The notes beneath the pieces are model-generated. The model saw only the letters and a program-made list of their open reading frames with translations. It ran no database searches and was not told the origin of the DNA. Below, piece by piece: positions 24,405 to 33,647 of a stretch of 40,005 nucleotides of DNA; within the stretch, counting starts at the first letter, position 1; the number at the start of each line of letters is the position of its first letter. This DNA is from a virus. The DNA lies in the IMG/VR virus record IMGVR_UViG_3300031539_000118. One strand, 5' to 3'. The position numbers and the translations under genes are program-made.

Positions 24405-26008
24405 ACTAAATTACCTTTCATCTTTATAAATGCGGATGAAAAAGCCGTAGCCGGGTTCGCATTTATAAGGGCTGCGGTGTTAGGCGGCAACGGCGGGCCG
24501 GACGGGCCTGTGGGTGTGGCGTGAATATGAAGGTCAAACAAAAGTGCCAAAGGCTCCGCTAGTGTAGCAGAAAAAGCAGCCAAGGCTCCTAGGGCTATAG
24601 AACCACACTGTACGTCCAACTTAGGGCTGTTTAGTAAGATATTGAGGTTCGATTGAAGTTGTGCGGTGGTCTTACCGTCTAAGATCAAAGCTTGGAACGG
24701 TGACACCAGCCGAACGTCTTGACCCATAGAAACATAGGTGCCTAGGCCTGAAGTTAGGGAAGTCGTCAAAGTAGCTGCGTTCATGTAGAGATTTGAGCCG
24801 TCCCCAGCGTTCATCTTTACCGAGCCAACTTTGTCGAAGGTCAACCGAGATCCTGAAGAATGTATTACATTTATCGTTTCGGTGTCGCTGGTGTCGTCCA
24901 TAATAAACGAATGCCCACCGCCGGTTGTAAGAGCAAACTTAGTCTCGCCTGCTACATCCGAAAATTGCATTGTTTGGCCGCCGCCACGAGACCGAAGCTC
25001 GAACAAACCGCCAATATTGAACCTTAAGGTCTCACCGATTTGATAGATCGCATTCTTTTGAATCTGGTAAGTTAAATCGCCACGGATCGTAGCCTTCTCG
25101 TCTAGGTCTACTACACGATTGTAACCGCCGCTGGGTATTAAGAGGTCGTAACCGAAAGCTGCACCGGTGCCGAGACTGAGGGCGTAGTTACCCGCTTCAT
25201 CAATTTCAACTGTAGTAGCGGTGTCGTCGTTAGCGAAATATTCTTCTACGTGTCTTAGAGCGTTGCCGGATCGGCTGTGGGCAAGAGCGAAACCTTTTTG
25301 ATTGAGGACGTGCCCGGATTGCTTGCGGAACAAGATCGCAGGCTCTTCGTTGCCGGGGTTTCTAAGTTGTTGGTAGTGTTCGGCGGTGAAAGATCCTCGA
25401 ACTTTCGGGTATCTTTTTTCCCACGAAGAAAAAGTGCCGTCTTCATTCTCCTTGGGCCGGGACACAATCCCGAATCGATCTTCGTCACCCAAGGTGTTGG
25501 AACGGTATTGCAAGCCTTGGCGGTGGTGTATAGGAGCCCTATCACCAGCTACCATCTTATCCTGGTCCGCCCACCGCCGTATCATACCGCCGTAGGTCTC
25601 GATCGAAGGGCGACGGCTCATGAATATTTGAGCATTACCGCTGGAAAGCATATCGATCTCACCCGGTAGCAAAGGCCGGTATAAGGACAAGCCGTTCTTG
25701 TAGCTAGCGATCTTGTTCCGAGCGCCTCGTTGAACGGTTGTCATAATCTGAGGCTTGGCTTCGTCCGACCTAAATTGTAAGACAAAGTTGGTCCCGCCTT
25801 CAGGCATCGCTCTGATCCAAGACTTTTGTGAGATAAAAGGGTGAGTCAAGGTCAAAGCTTGAGCGCTGTTACCGTAATGGCTGAAGAACCCAGACTCGGT
25901 GTCGGGGGACACAGCGGTAAGAATCGCTCCAAAGGGAAACCGCAGCGATTTCCGCAGCGATTCTTCCCTTTCATCATCAATTGCTTGGTCTCTATCGTAA
26001 TTGGGCAT
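24401..26008 (-). CDS. hypothetical large protein (535 aa)
   Basis: ORF track. Tightly coupled to the upstream 745-aa gene. C-terminal DLHIHATPTGPSGPPLPP. No domain confidently recognised. Confidence 0.5.
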   Translation of the reverse strand: MPNYDRDQAIDDEREESLRKSLRFPFGAILTAVSPDTESGFFSHYGNSAQALTLTHPFISQKSWIRAMPEGGTNFVLQFRSDEAKPQIMTTVQRGARNKIASYKNGLSLYRPLLPGEIDMLSSGNAQIFMSRRPSIETYGGMIRRWADQDKMVAGDRAPIHHRQGLQYRSNTLGDEDRFGIVSRPKENEDGTFSSWEKRYPKVRGSFTAEHYQQLRNPGNEEPAILFRKQSGHVLNQKGFALAHSRSGNALRHVEEYFANDDTATTVEIDEAGNYALSLGTGAAFGYDLLIPSGGYNRVVDLDEKATIRGDLTYQIQKNAIYQIGETLRFNIGGLFELRSRGGGQTMQFSDVAGETKFALTTGGGHSFIMDDTSDTETINVIHSSGSRLTFDKVGSVKMNAGDGSNLYMNAATLTTSLTSGLGTYVSMGQDVRLVSPFQALILDGKTTAQLQSNLNILLNSPKLDVQCGSIALGALAAFSATLAEPLALLFDLHIHATPTGPSGPPLPPNTAALINANPATAFSSAFIKMKGNLV

Positions 26009-28246
26009 TTAACCGCCTGATTGGTCGTTAGCTTCGGATGATTGTGTCTTGTCGTCTGACTGTTCTTGCAGGGTTTTCTTAATCGTCGTTGTCTTACCAT
26101 CTTTGATTTCTTTGGTTATGATCGAGATGCCGTTGCCTTCTATATACCCTGAAGAAGTTCCATCGGCGGTCTTATCAAAAACGGTACTGTAAGATATCGG
26201 CATCTTTTCACCACCCGTGATGAATCTGAAGTTCTCACCTTCCAATCGACGGACGTAAGACAAGCTCATTTCCAATGATACATCCTGACGAATTTTCCAA
26301 CTATAAGTGATCGAATCGCATATCGCTATTCTTTTCTTGACTACGTGATAGACCGGGCGGTTCAACCCCACAAAAGGTCTGTAAGACACCATCATGTCGA
26401 ATTTGTTAAAGTTGGCGAGCCTTTTGTTGAATTCCAAAAGAGCGTACTGGGCCAGCCGGTGGTGGTTCGTTATGCCTGGTAGGCTGTGCGTCTCAACGTG
26501 AACGCCGATCCTAGAGGCTAAAACATTAGAAAAGGCGGTGGCCCGAAGTTCCCAACCTTGAGTCGGGGCAACCCCAGCGCTGCTGGGGTGATCACTGGCG
26601 ATCTCGTCCGGCAAAAGCCGTGACGTAACCTCCATCGCTGACACAGGCGTACCACCCTCGTCGTTGATAGCGTCGGACATCACATGCCCATGAAACGTTT
26701 GAACCTTATTGTAGATCGTGTTGTAGTCCGCAGGCATGAAGTCATACATAGGGAACTCAAAGATCAAGTCACCCATACCTGATATATAAAATTGATAATC
26801 AATAGATTTAACCAATTGGACGATAAGCTCCAAACGAGACGCCCACTCCACACGAGCCGTAACCCTAGCGTCAACCGTAGCGGCGGCGATAAGGTTTGAT
26901 ACAGGGCCTAAGTCTGGCGGTAAAAGAAAATGAACCCTAGCCACGTCAGGGGAAAATTGACCGCCGTCCTTAGTCCCTTGGCCCATAAGCGTCATTTCGC
27001 CCAGGGTTAAGAACCTTTCCACGATCGTGCCGAGCTTACCTGATTTAGCATCCTCACCCTGTCGGACCAGTTCAACATCGGGTGTGGTGTCAGGGGGGCC
27101 ACCTTTGGCGTTTGTAGTAGCCCCTTCCGGTTGTTCGGGAGCGTTATCCGCTACTTTCGGTAACGGGTAAGAGCCAAAATTGATAATGTTGTTCCATTTT
27201 TCTAGCGTAGTCTTCTTTAAAGGTTCGCTAGCTTCGGGGTCGTATCTTAAGACTACACCCAGAGATACCTTGCCAATCCCACCGACAAAGGCGTTGTTTT
27301 TCTTTATACCGAAGATTAGATATTTTATAGAATCTAAAAAGGTCTTACCGTATAAAGCGTGCCCACGGGAGGCCGGTGTCCCTGATTGAACGAAGTCCGA
27401 TAAAAAACCTACGTTTTCAGAGCCCTCAACGTTGGTGCGGTTGGCCCCGAAAAATAAGGTTTTCTCATTACCGTATTGGATATTTGGGTTGGTGTTGGTT
27501 CGCATCACAGCCATCTGAGACCGGATGTCTTGGCACGTAATGTTAATCACCGAACTACCGTTGATATAGCTTTGTGAAAATGGCTTGGTATCTACATAGC
27601 CTGTAAATTCACAAGTCCATTCGGTCTTCTTTGTGCCCGCTGGACCTGCCAAAGGATTCAGCACAAACATTCTGATAGGGTCGAACTTGTGAAACACCAA
27701 AGAGCCTACGCTAAACAGATATCTATCGGTAGTAGCCTCGGTAGTGTTAGCTGCGTTGAAAGGATCGGCGTTAACGATCGGGGCGTTCGGCTTTTTATTT
27801 TGAAAGCTGGTGCCATATTTCGCAACTTTGTGCTGCCAATTCGTGTTGCTTTCCTTCTTATTTTTATAAATCGTAGCTTTGGCTAGCTCGGAATAAGCTC
27901 CCCCAGCGCCGTAGGGATCGTTCATCCTAAAGTTGGACGTTGTTGTCCGGCCAGTGGCCTCGTTTTTAACCTTGTTTTCGCCTGTCTTAGGGTCCGTGTT
28001 GGCTTTGTTTTTGCCTACGTTTAGGTTCTCTTCGGTGATCTCGAAAGCTCGCATAGCATTCGATAGGCTGAATGTAAGAGAACTTATCCCTTCTCGGTCC
28101 ACCTTAGTCAAGTTCACCGCTGACGTGATCCAAGGTGTGATATCCGCCCCTTGGATGTAGATCTTAAAATCATGGTAGTAGACTTGATTCCGTTCTTCTC
28201 GGAAGTTGAAGGGGGTCTTGGTCTTAGGATTAGTAATATCAACCAT
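26009..28246 (-). CDS. hypothetical large protein (745 aa)
   Basis: ORF track. Asn/Thr/Gly-rich. No domain confidently recognised. Confidence 0.5.
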   Translation of the reverse strand: MVDITNPKTKTPFNFREERNQVYYHDFKIYIQGADITPWITSAVNLTKVDREGISSLTFSLSNAMRAFEITEENLNVGKNKANTDPKTGENKVKNEATGRTTTSNFRMNDPYGAGGAYSELAKATIYKNKKESNTNWQHKVAKYGTSFQNKKPNAPIVNADPFNAANTTEATTDRYLFSVGSLVFHKFDPIRMFVLNPLAGPAGTKKTEWTCEFTGYVDTKPFSQSYINGSSVINITCQDIRSQMAVMRTNTNPNIQYGNEKTLFFGANRTNVEGSENVGFLSDFVQSGTPASRGHALYGKTFLDSIKYLIFGIKKNNAFVGGIGKVSLGVVLRYDPEASEPLKKTTLEKWNNIINFGSYPLPKVADNAPEQPEGATTNAKGGPPDTTPDVELVRQGEDAKSGKLGTIVERFLTLGEMTLMGQGTKDGGQFSPDVARVHFLLPPDLGPVSNLIAAATVDARVTARVEWASRLELIVQLVKSIDYQFYISGMGDLIFEFPMYDFMPADYNTIYNKVQTFHGHVMSDAINDEGGTPVSAMEVTSRLLPDEIASDHPSSAGVAPTQGWELRATAFSNVLASRIGVHVETHSLPGITNHHRLAQYALLEFNKRLANFNKFDMMVSYRPFVGLNRPVYHVVKKRIAICDSITYSWKIRQDVSLEMSLSYVRRLEGENFRFITGGEKMPISYSTVFDKTADGTSSGYIEGNGISIITKEIKDGKTTTIKKTLQEQSDDKTQSSEANDQSGG

Positions 28247-28416
28247 ATCTAGCTCTTCATCTTAAAGGGTTCATTCTAAAGATAAGGGCTGTCTTACTGG
28301 GCCATGCGGTGTTAAAACTAAGATGCTCATCAGTTGGTTAGAGCAGCGTTACATGCCGAGGGCCGGAAGTTCGAATATGTTCCACGCCCGGACAGCCCAT
28401 TGATCCCGTCTCACTT

Positions 28417-28752
28417 TCACTCCGCCCTCCTCTTAAAGCACTGGCTTCCGCTACGATCCATCTGAGGTGAGGACCAGTAAGCCCGGACGCACTTGAATCT
28501 TTCTACCCGCACCAAATCTTCCAAACTAAATTCTCGGTAGGGGTTGTCACGATCTTTAAAGCTTACCCAGATATTAGGACCGTCACTCAGAATATCTACT
28601 ACAGGAATTTCCATAACCAACAGCCCTTCGTGTTCAAGCTGTTTTAGGTATTCGAGAACGGTAGCTTTTAAAGCCTGTAGAACCGTGGGGGATACCAGTT
28701 CGTACCTGAACCGATCAAAGATTTCATCAAGCTCTTCTTGACAGCCTATCAT
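28417..28752 (-). CDS. hypothetical protein (111 aa)
   Basis: ORF track; 4-nt overlap with the upstream gene. Confidence 0.4.
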   Translation of the reverse strand: MIGCQEELDEIFDRFRYELVSPTVLQALKATVLEYLKQLEHEGLLVMEIPVVDILSDGPNIWVSFKDRDNPYREFSLEDLVRVERFKCVRAYWSSPQMDRSGSQCFKRRAE

Positions 28753-29540
28753 TTTTTCATCTCTTCAAACTTTTTAAACAAATCGTTGTCTTCTTGATTT
28801 TGTTTGTCCGTTTTGGCCCAATTTATCCCTAACGATTTCCAAGTGTCTTGGTTCTTAAGATCTTTTTCTTCGGGGTATACAGGCTTCACCGCACAATATT
28901 GGTGACCCTTCTTATCCACCCCGCCCCCGACGATCCTTAGATGATCTCCCGGTTTTGCGCCAGGCGGCACCCAAACCATTTTGATACCCCACAAAGTCTC
29001 AACCGAGATGTAGTCACCTTTCAGCATGATCTCAAGTTTGATATTCTCGTCTACAAAAACATCTAAACCCTTCACCGTGTACCTGGGGTGCTTTTCAGCG
29101 GTCACGGTAACCAAAGCATCCCCGGTTTGATTCAGGCATTTCTTCCCTTTGCGCTTTTCAACATGCCGGAACCCTGAGATAGAGCCCGGTGGAAGATCAA
29201 AAGCAAAGGTGACCGGCTCGAAGTCTTCCGACTTGATAGGTTCTAAGTTCGCACCCAAGGAAATTTGGTTGTAAGACACCACTAACCGAGTGCCGTAAAA
29301 GGCATCATTGAAGGTGGTAATCATCTGGATGTTGAAAGTTAAGTCCCGTACCGGACGGATGCTTTGCTTCCGAGCGTATGACGGGTCGGTGATCATCCGA
29401 TAAGCGTGGGTGACCTCCACAAACTTATCGGAATCACCACCTTGGTCTGGGTGGTGTTCCAAGCACAATTTACGCCAAGCCTTCCGAAGAGTGTCCGGCG
29501 AATCGTCAGGTTTACAACCCAGTACCTCAAAATAATCCAT
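28749..29540 (-). CDS. J-domain (DnaJ-like) protein
   Basis: N-terminus DYFEVLGCKPDDSPDTLRKAWRKLCLEHHPDQGGDSDKFVEVTHAYRMI is a J-domain with the HPD motif. About 190 aa of unknown C-terminal region. Confidence 0.7.
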   Translation of the reverse strand: MDYFEVLGCKPDDSPDTLRKAWRKLCLEHHPDQGGDSDKFVEVTHAYRMITDPSYARKQSIRPVRDLTFNIQMITTFNDAFYGTRLVVSYNQISLGANLEPIKSEDFEPVTFAFDLPPGSISGFRHVEKRKGKKCLNQTGDALVTVTAEKHPRYTVKGLDVFVDENIKLEIMLKGDYISVETLWGIKMVWVPPGAKPGDHLRIVGGGVDKKGHQYCAVKPVYPEEKDLKNQDTWKSLGINWAKTDKQNQEDNDLFKKFEEMKK

Positions 29541-30155
29541 TTAGTGTCCTGATTCGACCGGGATATCTAATTTCTCTAGGGTCTTTTGCATCGACCGCTT
29601 TAAAATACCCTGCACCTTGTCTTGTGTAGTATTGTTAGGATTCGCTATCGTAGCTTTCAATTCGTGATCTTCGTTAGCTTCGGCGGCGGCCTTCTTTTCT
29701 GCCTGCCTTTTTGCTTCGACCTTCTCGATCCGTTTTTGGAAGACAAAACCCATGCCGCTAATCAAGTCTTCGGGCTTCACTACAAGGTCCACAACCCCAG
29801 AAAAATAAGGTGGTACCGACGCCAAAGTATTAGAAACGGCTAACATAGGCTTGCCAAACACAGCCGCTACGGCCATGAAGTGAACGTTGGGTGAGCTATC
29901 TAAATCTAAAACCAGGATATCTGATTCTGATATGCCCCAAAAATCTTGCCGCATAGAAGTTTCCCAAGGGTGGGGGACGACCGGGGGCTCTGTTTCAAAA
30001 TGCACTAATATTTCCCGGCCCTTCTCGTTGTTATAATCGTATTGATTATGTAACAGAATTACGTTTTCTGTTCGTTCCACTACATCTAATATAGGTGAGT
30101 GCTTACCCGATTGATCCCGCTCAGATGCTACAAACACCACCAATTTCTTTTCCAT
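29541..30155 (-). CDS. hypothetical protein (204 aa)
   Basis: ORF track; directly abuts the J-domain gene. Confidence 0.4.
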   Translation of the reverse strand: MEKKLVVFVASERDQSGKHSPILDVVERTENVILLHNQYDYNNEKGREILVHFETEPPVVPHPWETSMRQDFWGISESDILVLDLDSSPNVHFMAVAAVFGKPMLAVSNTLASVPPYFSGVVDLVVKPEDLISGMGFVFQKRIEKVEAKRQAEKKAAAEANEDHELKATIANPNNTTQDKVQGILKRSMQKTLEKLDIPVESGH

Positions 30156-30163
30156 AATATCTC

Positions 30164-30595
30164 CTATGATTGTCTTACATCACCAGCAACAACCCCGTGG
30201 TCCACCAAATAAGACTTCCGAGGCTTCGATGGCCGATTATAAATTAATTCCATTTCTTTGCTTATGATTTCATCCATTTCATTGTGCAACCCTAACATCC
30301 CACAGAGCCGTTTGACGACATGGATTTTTTCGATACGAGACGAAAACAAGTCCATAAATTCGTAAAGGTCTTGGGGATTTTCCCTCGAACCGGATTTCAA
30401 TAGAGCATTGGTGTAGCTTTCCTTGGCTTGGTGCAAACCTTTGTCGTAGTCCAAGATTTCTAAAAAGATTTGGTGGAAAGCTTTCTCGTACTCTGCCATC
30501 GAACAACGTTTTAAGATTTCCTCGTTTACCTCTTTGAACGGGGTGTCGTCTTCGGGCAGAATCTCTTCTTCGTCGTCTACTACATTCTCTTTCAT
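30164..30595 (-). CDS. hypothetical acidic protein (143 aa)
   Basis: ORF track only. Confidence 0.4.
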   Translation of the reverse strand: MKENVVDDEEEILPEDDTPFKEVNEEILKRCSMAEYEKAFHQIFLEILDYDKGLHQAKESYTNALLKSGSRENPQDLYEFMDLFSSRIEKIHVVKRLCGMLGLHNEMDEIISKEMELIYNRPSKPRKSYLVDHGVVAGDVRQS

Positions 30596-31293
30596 TGGGC
30601 GTACCTTTCTCGGGAGAACAGAAGCTTTTCGGACGAAGCTAAGATTTTCGACAAGGTAAATTCAGTGGAATCGAACTTTTTGTCGATGTATTCCGCCACG
30701 GTCAAACACTTCTTTAGATTTTTCTTCACCGGAATTTGCTCCGGCAAGATCCGGTTCATCGCTGCGTTGCGGATCGCTTCGTTTTTGAGTGTAGTCATTT
30801 TGCTGTACTTGGAATAAAGCCAAAGCTCAGCGTGTTGTAGTAGCTCTTCGAGTTCGTACTTGGTATCGATCAGCGAGGTATAGATCGTAGAGACCCTAGA
30901 GCGATTGACCACTATTTTTCTAAGGTAGCGGTTGATTTCTTCCAGGTCTTGCTGGGTGCCGAAGCGGTGTTGTGAGAAATCATCCTCTACTACATAGTTC
31001 CTAAGCTCTTCTAGGATAGAGTCGTCCACGTTAAACTTCGGTGCGGTAAGCTGCTTTCGCACCCCTAGCACGTATTTATCGCACAAGATCTCTTGAAACC
31101 CGTCCATAAGTGGTTCGGTGTACTCGACACAAGCCAAGGTGAGGGCTTCGACTTCTCGGGTGACCGAACAGTTCCCGCTATCCCCAAAGCCTGCTTTGTA
31201 CCACTGACAAGACCCGCAATAAGTTTCGTCAGCTTCGGCTTCCGGGTGTTCGCCGGGATACTTCCCATTAGGCACGGGGCATCTCCTTGTCAT
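30592..31293 (-). CDS. hypothetical Cys-rich protein (233 aa)
   Basis: N-terminus CPVPNGKY...YCGSCQWYKAGFGDSGNC, possibly metal-binding. Confidence 0.4.
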   Translation of the reverse strand: MTRRCPVPNGKYPGEHPEAEADETYCGSCQWYKAGFGDSGNCSVTREVEALTLACVEYTEPLMDGFQEILCDKYVLGVRKQLTAPKFNVDDSILEELRNYVVEDDFSQHRFGTQQDLEEINRYLRKIVVNRSRVSTIYTSLIDTKYELEELLQHAELWLYSKYSKMTTLKNEAIRNAAMNRILPEQIPVKKNLKKCLTVAEYIDKKFDSTEFTLSKILASSEKLLFSRERYAQ

Positions 31294-31684
31294 CGATAAT
31301 CTTATCCGTGGCCGTAGACCGCCACCGGCCCACTAGCATGTAGTCCTTAACCTTGTTCGGGTGCTCATAAGCTATCAAGCGCACGACTTGATCTTCGAAA
31401 ATCACCTCGAAGGAAAGGTTTTCGGTGTTGACCTCCCCTTTTTTGTTGTAAACAACACCAAAAGAATTGAACAAACAAAACTTCGGGTAGGTTTCGTCGT
31501 ACCTATACCGCAAAAGATAGCCGATCATTTTGTCCTGGGGGCTGTAGATCAATTTGAACTCAGCCCGAGAGACTTTGTAGACCCTTCTTTGCTTCGCACC
31601 TTCTAAGGATTCACCCTTGAGCACAAATAATTCGCCCATACCGTCGGTGATCTTGTCTTCTAAATACCACTTGGCCATCTTCAC
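31268..31684 (-). CDS. hypothetical protein (138 aa)
   Basis: ORF track only. Confidence 0.4.
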   Translation of the reverse strand: MKMAKWYLEDKITDGMGELFVLKGESLEGAKQRRVYKVSRAEFKLIYSPQDKMIGYLLRYRYDETYPKFCLFNSFGVVYNKKGEVNTENLSFEVIFEDQVVRLIAYEHPNKVKDYMLVGRWRSTATDKIIDDKEMPRA

Positions 31685-31696
31685 GGGATTTCTCCT

Positions 31697-32824
31697 TCAC
31701 ACCAAACACACAGGGAAAATGTAATTCAAATCTAAAGACGCTCCACCAGATTCCAGCCCGCCTTTGTAGTAGACCATCCGCTCGTTAGCCGACATCATTC
31801 CTTTGTCCACAGCAAAAAGCTTGGTGTGGTCTTCGAAAGCCTTGGGGAACATATTTATCTTGTACGTCCGCTCTGAATTCTCATTGTAGATTTGGTCTAC
31901 ATCATCAACACCGTCTACTACAGCATCACCAATGTCTACATGCTTCATCTCCAGAGTCATCGTATCGGTTAAAGACACGGTGAGCATAGCCCCGTCGGAT
32001 TTCTTCGGTATCATCCCTACCAAAGGTTTGATAGCGGTAGCCAAAGATTTAGGCACAAAGGTACAAGAAGTTTTAGCTTGGAACTTAGAGAAGATCGTAT
32101 CAAAGTCCGAAGAGCTTTGGTTGATACCCGCTGAATAAATCTCAAAAGTTTCATTCCTAAACATCGTTTGGAACTTACTCACACCAATCTGGATAGGTGT
32201 GTCATCCGTGATGCTACCTTTGCCGTACAAACAATCAAGCAGATACTTAGGCGCTTTGACATCGAAATCTTTGGTCACTACTACATCCGAGGTGATCTTC
32301 GCCAAGGAATATTGATCGTCCGCTGACATCGTGAGGTGACCTTTTTCGTTGCGAAACCGCACCGGCATCAAATCTTTCTTCTCGTCGTGGAAGGCAAAAG
32401 GGATGCTAAGGTACTTGGTAGCCGCTGCCAACACCCCGTATGGGATAGTGATCGCATCCATCCCCTCGGGAATATCTTCAAACTCTGGTCTAGGCACCGC
32501 TACCCGCAAATGGGTGGTGAGCCGACCGTTTACCAGCTTAAGCTCTGACTTTTCATCTTGCCAAGACAATACTACATCTTTTCCAGCCAAGCTGATATTC
32601 ATCAACACAGTCGGATCGAACGAATAGTCGGTGTTACCCGTGCCGTGGTGAGTCGCTGACGCTGGTTTGGCCGACACCAAAGCGTTGTCCGTCACCATTA
32701 TCATCCTAAAGGGTTCAAACGTGAAGGTTATTGTCGGCTTTTTCACACTGAAAGCGGCGAATTTTGCGAACGTCTTTAGTGTCTCCCTGAATTCCTTGGC
32801 GTTGAACATTACCGTGGTGCTCAT
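31697..32824 (-). CDS. putative DNA polymerase sliding clamp (DnaN-like)
   Basis: Track ORF 31697..32869 started at MSTTVMFNAKEF. About 375 aa. The N-terminus pattern parallels DnaN (MKFTVEREHLLKPLQ...PTLPILGNLLL...LSLTGTDLEMEM). Adjacent to the helicase gene. Overlaps the upstream gene by about 110 nt. By-eye assignment. Confidence 0.35.
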   Translation of the reverse strand: MSTTVMFNAKEFRETLKTFAKFAAFSVKKPTITFTFEPFRMIMVTDNALVSAKPASATHHGTGNTDYSFDPTVLMNISLAGKDVVLSWQDEKSELKLVNGRLTTHLRVAVPRPEFEDIPEGMDAITIPYGVLAAATKYLSIPFAFHDEKKDLMPVRFRNEKGHLTMSADDQYSLAKITSDVVVTKDFDVKAPKYLLDCLYGKGSITDDTPIQIGVSKFQTMFRNETFEIYSAGINQSSSDFDTIFSKFQAKTSCTFVPKSLATAIKPLVGMIPKKSDGAMLTVSLTDTMTLEMKHVDIGDAVVDGVDDVDQIYNENSERTYKINMFPKAFEDHTKLFAVDKGMMSANERMVYYKGGLESGGASLDLNYIFPVCLV

Positions 32825-33647
32825 ATATCCCCCCTGATGGCTCGTCGTAATAACAGAACCGCAAAACATCTAGCAAAAATTCAATAGAATTTTGCAATGA
32901 TAACCAATCCGCAACAGAACCGAAACCAGAATCCCTAGTGTAATCCATCCTAAGTTCATAAGTGGTTTGCAAAGAACGATACGCTAAGAAGAATCTTTCT
33001 TGAGCCTCGTGTAAAGATTTTCTATTTTCTACCTGCAATATTTCATTCTGGTGGTGGTCTATAAAGACAGAAGCTAAGTTCTTCAAGCTCAACGCCACCG
33101 ACATCCCAGAAAAATAAGTCTTCTCATTCACCAAACCACTCGGCATTAAACTTTGCTTCGAGGTCGGGAAGACTACTACAGCGTCGGTGCCAGTCAAAAA
33201 TTCTAACTTCATCTTAACATTCCGCAACCAAGTCTTGGCCAAGGTCTTCACCGATGTCAAACCCGTTAGCTCCTTTAGCTCTGTGAGCGCACCATCCGAT
33301 CCACAAAGCCGGAAGTCCGGGTGGATGGGCCGTAGGTATCTCAGATAACTACGAAGCTCTGAGGCGATAGGGCTAACCTTGATGAAAGCATCCACCCCAC
33401 GCAAACCATCTTCTATTTTTTGTAAGATAAAAATAATCTGCGTGGCTATCCCGTTGTGTAAGATATCATCTTTAGAAATCCCGTAGTCAAAACAGATATC
33501 AGGATGTTCGTTTTCTAAAAAAGCTATTACATCCCCCACCGTGGTAGTGTCGGTGAAGGCGTCGAGATTAGGCACGGGCAAATAAATCCCGTCGTTGATC
33601 GCTTCGGCGTAACCTATGGCCCATATAGCTGTGTAGTAGGGTATCAA
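32715..33647 (-). CDS. hypothetical protein (310 aa), replication-module associated
   Basis: Starts immediately after the helicase stop. No motif recognised. Confidence 0.45.
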   Translation of the reverse strand: MIPYYTAIWAIGYAEAINDGIYLPVPNLDAFTDTTTVGDVIAFLENEHPDICFDYGISKDDILHNGIATQIIFILQKIEDGLRGVDAFIKVSPIASELRSYLRYLRPIHPDFRLCGSDGALTELKELTGLTSVKTLAKTWLRNVKMKLEFLTGTDAVVVFPTSKQSLMPSGLVNEKTYFSGMSVALSLKNLASVFIDHHQNEILQVENRKSLHEAQERFFLAYRSLQTTYELRMDYTRDSGFGSVADWLSLQNSIEFLLDVLRFCYYDEPSGGIYEHHGNVQRQGIQGDTKDVRKIRRFQCEKADNNLHV

